A stretch of DNA of 28,001 nt from a virus (taxonomy: Duplodnaviria; Caudoviricetes). Made by a program: the position numbers and the translations under genes. The stretch spans positions 1 to 28,001 of IMG/VR virus record IMGVR_UViG_3300025732_000209; one strand, written 5' to 3'. Positions 24,401 through 28,001 of this stretch are shown piece by piece; position 1 is the first letter of the stretch, and every line of letters begins with the position of its first letter. The notes under the pieces are model-generated. The model searched no databases. It was not told where the DNA came from and saw only the letters and a program-made list of their open reading frames with translations.

Positions 24401-27400
24401 GCTTCTTTTTGAACTACATCTGGCATTGCACCGTAATAATCCCAGTTGTCAATTACACCCTGCATATTAACATTATTGTCTTGTCCAAATTTAGTAACGA
24501 CTTCTTTTGTTATTGGAGATTTAAGTGCTTCAATGTTATTTAGTTTTTCAGATAATGCTATAAGTCCTGTTAGACCTACAGTCTTTATATATGCTTCCAT
24601 ATCTATTTCTAAACCATCGCTTTGTTGTAATAAAGCCATAGCATTAGAAACTGAGTCAAATTGTTGTGGGTTACTCTTTGATAATCTAATTAATGCGCCT
24701 ATATTAAGTTGAGAACTCTTTTTATCTTTAAAGTTTTTAAAGAATCCAAACAGTTCTGCGGTCTTTTGTCCGCCAACTGTTCTCATTCCAATATTAACTA
24801 ATGCGTCTGCCTCTTTTAGATTTCCTTTAAAAATTTCAAGAATTGTATTAACTTGATCTGGATTCATTTGTCCAGACTCCATAACCAATTGCATTTTTGC
24901 TTCAAATGATTTAGCAGCAGCAATGTCCATTGTTCTATCTGTTTTCATAAACGATGGATCTTCGTCAGACCTTGCTAAGGTATTTAGTGCCTGTTGAGCA
25001 GATCCTTCAAATGCTGTTCCTTTATATTTGCCCTTAACATTACCCTTTAATGCATCAAAATAAGCATCTTCTCTTCTTCCAACATCGCTTAACCAACCCA
25101 AACCAGTCTGTCCACTATTTATATTTTCATTGAATCCTGAAACCGCACTTTCTAATCTAGCAGCAACCAATGAGTTCATTCTTTGCATTCCAGCAATTTG
25201 CTGATCCTGCATTGCCTTTATTTTTGTTTCTATCTCTAATTGCTTTTGTTTATCGGTTGTTGCTGCCTTTTGTGCTTCTAAAGATTTTATTTGATCTTCA
25301 TAATATAAAGCCATAGCGTCTGCTTGTGCTTGTGCTACCTCAATTGCATTAGAACTTGATGCAGCAAACTCTGCTGCCAAACCAGAACCACTTGCCTTGC
25401 CGATTAGACCAAGAGTTCCTATTTGAGACCATATGCTGTTAGATCCTTGATCGCCACTTTGTAATTTAGATAAAGCATCTTGTGATCTAATATCTGCAAC
25501 ATTTGCAATTCTAGTTCTTACAGCAAGAGGATCTTTTGTTAAATCTTCTCCATCTCTTCCTATTAATGATCTTAAATATCCATCAACCTGCATTGTAATT
25601 GACGAATCTTTAAGATTAACTCCTAATTGATACGCAATATCTGAAGCAAGTTTTCCAGATATAGTCCCGTCAGAAACTGCACCTGCAAGTTGCATAGCAA
25701 AAGTTTTTGTCGCTACATCCATTCCTTGTTTTTGAAGAACTTCTGTAAAGGTCTTTTGCATTTGTTGTCCAGCCTCACCAGACATAAATCTTTCGCTTGC
25801 ATCTGTTCCTTTTCTTGCAGCCTCATTGTATAATCCAAAAGCAGATCCACCTCTGCGCTTTGACATAATTTCAGAAGCACCGACAGTGCCCTGTTGTTCA
25901 CCAATCTTCTTTAATAAGCCTGCAGTAATTGATGTTTGCTTAACATATGTTGCTGTTGCTTCTGCTGCTTTAGTTAACTTATCATTAAGTACTTTAGCAC
26001 CTACACCAAGTGCTGCTATTGCAGTTACTGCCCAACCAACTGGACCCATTCCAGCAAGCATTGGGGCAAATTGAGCAACCATTGCTCCAGTACCAAGAGC
26101 AGCAGTTACTCCAGTTGGCGCACCCAATGCACCTGCTGCCATTGCTGCAACACCTAATCCTCCAGAAACCTTTCCAGAGAATCTTTGAACTTTTTCTTTT
26201 CTTAAACCTCTTTTTTCAGCAAGAGCCTTTTTCTTTGCCATCTTTCTTTCTTTGCTTGTCATTATTGGAGATGATGCTCCATATGGAATCATTTCTCCAG
26301 TTGCTGGGTCTATTAGTGTTTGTGCTCCGTCTGGTATGCTTGCCTGATCCATTGCTTGCTGTGCATTTATTCTAGCAGCATCTAATTCTTCTTGTTTTGC
26401 CTGTAGTGTTTCTTGTTCGACCTGTTGAGTCTTGTCTAAAATTTCTGATCTATCTTGATCAGTTTGAGAAATAGCATCATTTAGTTGACCCTGTGTAAGC
26501 AGATCCTGATTTGTAGTTTCTAATACTTCTGCATTTCTTTGTGTTGTATCCTTAACATCCGTCATTGTTATGGTTGTTTGATTTGCAATATTTGCTGCTT
26601 GTTCTTGTGCCTGTGCTGTTTGTTCTGTCTTTTCTGCCAATACTTTAGCGCTCTTAATAGTCTTCTTAGATGAAACACGAATGGATGCAGAAACAGAATC
26701 AGTCTTTTGATCTTCTGCAATTGGCTGGACTTTTCTTCGTCCTACGCCCCTCTTTCTTCTTTGTCTATCTTGAGACTTTAATACCTGTCTTATATCTCTG
26801 TTTTCTTCATTATTTAAGTCATCATAAAATGCTTTATTTGCTAAATCCATTCTGCTTACTTTATCTGCAGTCTCAGATGCAGTAGGTAATGCAGCATTTG
26901 CAAGTCTATCAGATTGTGCTTTAACAGCAACTTCTTTTTCATGCATTCCAATTATTAAACCGTCGCCAATATCATTTCCTGTTTTCTTGCTCTTCTTTGA
27001 TGGAGATGCAGTTCCTGCACCATCATTCAATCCATCTATAGTTGTTGTTCCTAAAATTTGTCCGCTTGTTCTTGCTTCACGATTTAATACTTTTGCATTT
27101 CCTGTTTCTGGACCGAATGGAGTTTTTGTTTTAATTCCAGCCTCTGATGCTGCCTGATTTAGCATCTGCAACTCTTCTTCGCTTACGCTTATTCTTATTG
27201 CAGTTATAGTTTCTTTTGCTTTTTTAATTAGTGCACTAAACTCTGGTGCTATTGTTTGAATTTGTGCTTCAACTTCAGCAGATAATCCGTGAATTACGTC
27301 GTCTGTTAATAAATCTGGAATAGGCTTATTGGCATTTTGCTCTTGCCATAACTTAATTTTTTCTAATAGTGCGTCGTCATAAATTTGTATTTGACCCTGC

Positions 27401-28001
27401 AAAGAATCAAAATCTGCACCCATAATTTTTGTCATCTGCTCCCATTTTGCAGATCCAGTTCTTTCAAACTCAGAAACAAAGTCTTTTACTAAACTTCCTT
27501 TACCAAATTGTTCTTCATATGCAGCAGCAGAACCTTTGCTTGCCATACCTCTATTAATATTTCCACGCATACTATAACCAAAAGCATCAGCAACTCTAAA
27601 GTCTTTTCCTCCGAGTCCTTGACTTTCCATTACATCTAGCGCCTTTGCAACTGAAGGCTTTAGGCTCATTCCTCTTAATTCTTCTAATGTTTTTACTTTT
27701 GCAGTTCCTACGTGTGAAAATTGATCTCTCCATTGCTGATCAATCTTTGGCGCATATGCACCCATCCTGCTCATGCCTTTTTCTACATCAAATCTCTTTC
27801 CTATTGAAGATATATTACCTTCAGTTACTCCACCTTCTAGTTGCCTTGCTTCATTAACGATATCTTTGAGTTCGCTAATTATTGCTTCTCTGACACCCTC
27901 TAAAGTTTCCTTTGATGTATCTGCTAAAACTTTGCCAGTTCTTTTGGCATAACTTATTAATTCCTTATCTGATAAATCTCTGATTCTTCCTAATTCATTA
28001 A
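21442..28001 (-). CDS. Tape measure protein (5' end beyond right edge, over 2180 aa visible)
   Basis: Frame checked open from 27774 to the window edge; Ala/Gln/Lys-rich helical sequence, Gly/Ala hydrophobic segments, C-terminal YANGG..GTDTVPALLTPGEFIM motif. Confidence 0.9.
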   Translation of the reverse strand, partial: NELGRIRDLSDKELISYAKRTGKVLADTSKETLEGVREAIISELKDIVNEARQLEGGVTEGNISSIGKRFDVEKGMSRMGAYAPKIDQQWRDQFSHVGTAKVKTLEELRGMSLKPSVAKALDVMESQGLGGKDFRVADAFGYSMRGNINRGMASKGSAAAYEEQFGKGSLVKDFVSEFERTGSAKWEQMTKIMGADFDSLQGQIQIYDDALLEKIKLWQEQNANKPIPDLLTDDVIHGLSAEVEAQIQTIAPEFSALIKKAKETITAIRISVSEEELQMLNQAASEAGIKTKTPFGPETGNAKVLNREARTSGQILGTTTIDGLNDGAGTASPSKKSKKTGNDIGDGLIIGMHEKEVAVKAQSDRLANAALPTASETADKVSRMDLANKAFYDDLNNEENRDIRQVLKSQDRQRRKRGVGRRKVQPIAEDQKTDSVSASIRVSSKKTIKSAKVLAEKTEQTAQAQEQAANIANQTTITMTDVKDTTQRNAEVLETTNQDLLTQGQLNDAISQTDQDRSEILDKTQQVEQETLQAKQEELDAARINAQQAMDQASIPDGAQTLIDPATGEMIPYGASSPIMTSKERKMAKKKALAEKRGLRKEKVQRFSGKVSGGLGVAAMAAGALGAPTGVTAALGTGAMVAQFAPMLAGMGPVGWAVTAIAALGVGAKVLNDKLTKAAEATATYVKQTSITAGLLKKIGEQQGTVGASEIMSKRRGGSAFGLYNEAARKGTDASERFMSGEAGQQMQKTFTEVLQKQGMDVATKTFAMQLAGAVSDGTISGKLASDIAYQLGVNLKDSSITMQVDGYLRSLIGRDGEDLTKDPLAVRTRIANVADIRSQDALSKLQSGDQGSNSIWSQIGTLGLIGKASGSGLAAEFAASSSNAIEVAQAQADAMALYYEDQIKSLEAQKAATTDKQKQLEIETKIKAMQDQQIAGMQRMNSLVAARLESAVSGFNENINSGQTGLGWLSDVGRREDAYFDALKGNVKGKYKGTAFEGSAQQALNTLARSDEDPSFMKTDRTMDIAAAKSFEAKMQLVMESGQMNPDQVNTILEIFKGNLKEADALVNIGMRTVGGQKTAELFGFFKNFKDKKSSQLNIGALIRLSKSNPQQFDSVSNAMALLQQSDGLEIDMEAYIKTVGLTGLIALSEKLNNIEALKSPITKEVVTKFGQDNNVNMQGVIDNWDYYGAMPDVVQKEALQTYTALYDNLIHFENEDARRAWATKQAELEALGAGAKGSKEYEDVYKTRFEYYTAGTLNDPTQAAKIANQQTEAKYGSIETIKANIPPAGPKDAGKGNNPLDFLDSLAMRIKNVRDGAFDATKPLQSMIAAFTSKKAQKDASKMFTIFDGLQQRMLKMKVPKEFRDMIMGMSSEDFSKLANLKGDKAIFKFAEGKPKTKSNITGLTKTGQAIMQTYREAQAGEYQLAQKETVQDIKDQNTAFNQLVASGMSATEALAVVEDQAVASAVAAGAVGKTGSTEMKQFVKDIKEANSALERQKVINDMINKNEEFKLLQQMPQLASSLKATGMSVEQIDEVLNDPQLAKVLIEDLKDGKIDAKEIADYLNSIPARKVIEIQTKMNKGDFAGAAAEGRDIVDQMFDIQERLIRTGADPRSTAMVDKMKANTKEIKAAENAARALRKQIEDINEEISDMQREIEINYTRPIEDMNEKISDFNRTLEVGGEYEIGGKKMNLDFKLSNRYMEQLNQESNKLSNDLQVISHQSDAINEKYDKQAESLRKVAEINDQITKQQQNQLTLADAITEGDISAAAAAVQQSRADASGMFQDQAMAALEQSRTNELNALVGPESGLTQEQIQERQYQIQQELYRIETSPERTAIKAEMLRLEDEIYKLEELREAKLLEIRKKEDEIYDIQEKQLEPLERKIDDLTYENQLLQDQIDALVEQITVLGMNRDEWERVKAKIDASALAAQNFGAALAGLLAAVNAINSAWDATLAKIQSYSSMSSPAVSPIVKQAEEILDTAKKNDAEAKDKVDAATNLANAQAYVNKINADAKTASGRNYVTDAQMDRALAAADSKYGTNLYGGNATKAPIVDEQTKIAAMRAAANPTPKPTYTGYRINDRSSGGLIIRGYANGGRIKPIGTDTVPALLTPGEFIMSRYAVNSYGLDKMKAINNGDSIGESVYNYSINVNVKSDAKPDEIANAVMVQLKRIDSQRITGVRI

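Noticed and set aside
16934-25904. +1-frame ORFs at 16934-17215 and 25713-25904 in tail genes
   Set aside because: No membrane segment or motif in the translations; two such ORFs in about 11 kb is consistent with background.
27772-27774. ATG 27774 as the tape measure start
   Set aside because: The frame is open to the window edge and no SD precedes it; the true start is likely outside the window.
395-27857. All plus-strand ORFs in the track
   Set aside because: They are antisense shadows of well-supported minus-strand genes, with no recognisable motifs.
1-28001. Alternative genetic code, tRNA genes or intrinsic terminators
   Set aside because: Standard-code ORFs tile the window using all three stop codons, and the short intergenic gaps show no cloverleaf or GC hairpin with U-tract.

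Overview
An AT-rich, gene-dense segment of a large tailed (siphovirus-like) bacteriophage genome, with every credible gene on the minus strand. In transcription order (right to left): the 3' part of a very large tape measure protein, six tail-tip/minor tail genes, small zinc-ribbon and MerR-like HTH genes, a replication module (DnaB, DnaG-type primase, gp32-like SSB, full-length DnaE), a recombination module (RecA, Hjc-like resolvase, solo Cas4-like nuclease, RuvC-like resolvase), a small HTH, a DUF1599/Nmad1-like gene, then small and large terminase (running off the left edge). From recall rather than a search, this order resembles Streptomyces cluster BE/BK phages and related low-GC freshwater actinophages. 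No rRNA, tRNA, CRISPR array, integrase or transposon was seen. The most unusual signal is a set of short same-strand, +1-frame ORFs nested inside dnaE, recA and terL. Most encode predicted membrane peptides, several have well-spaced Shine-Dalgarno motifs, and two in dnaE coincide with a local burst of otherwise rare NCG codons. They are candidate overprinted genes, not proven ones. Two classes of promoter-like motif buried in gene ends and non-canonical ATPase motifs in RecA and DnaB are also noted.
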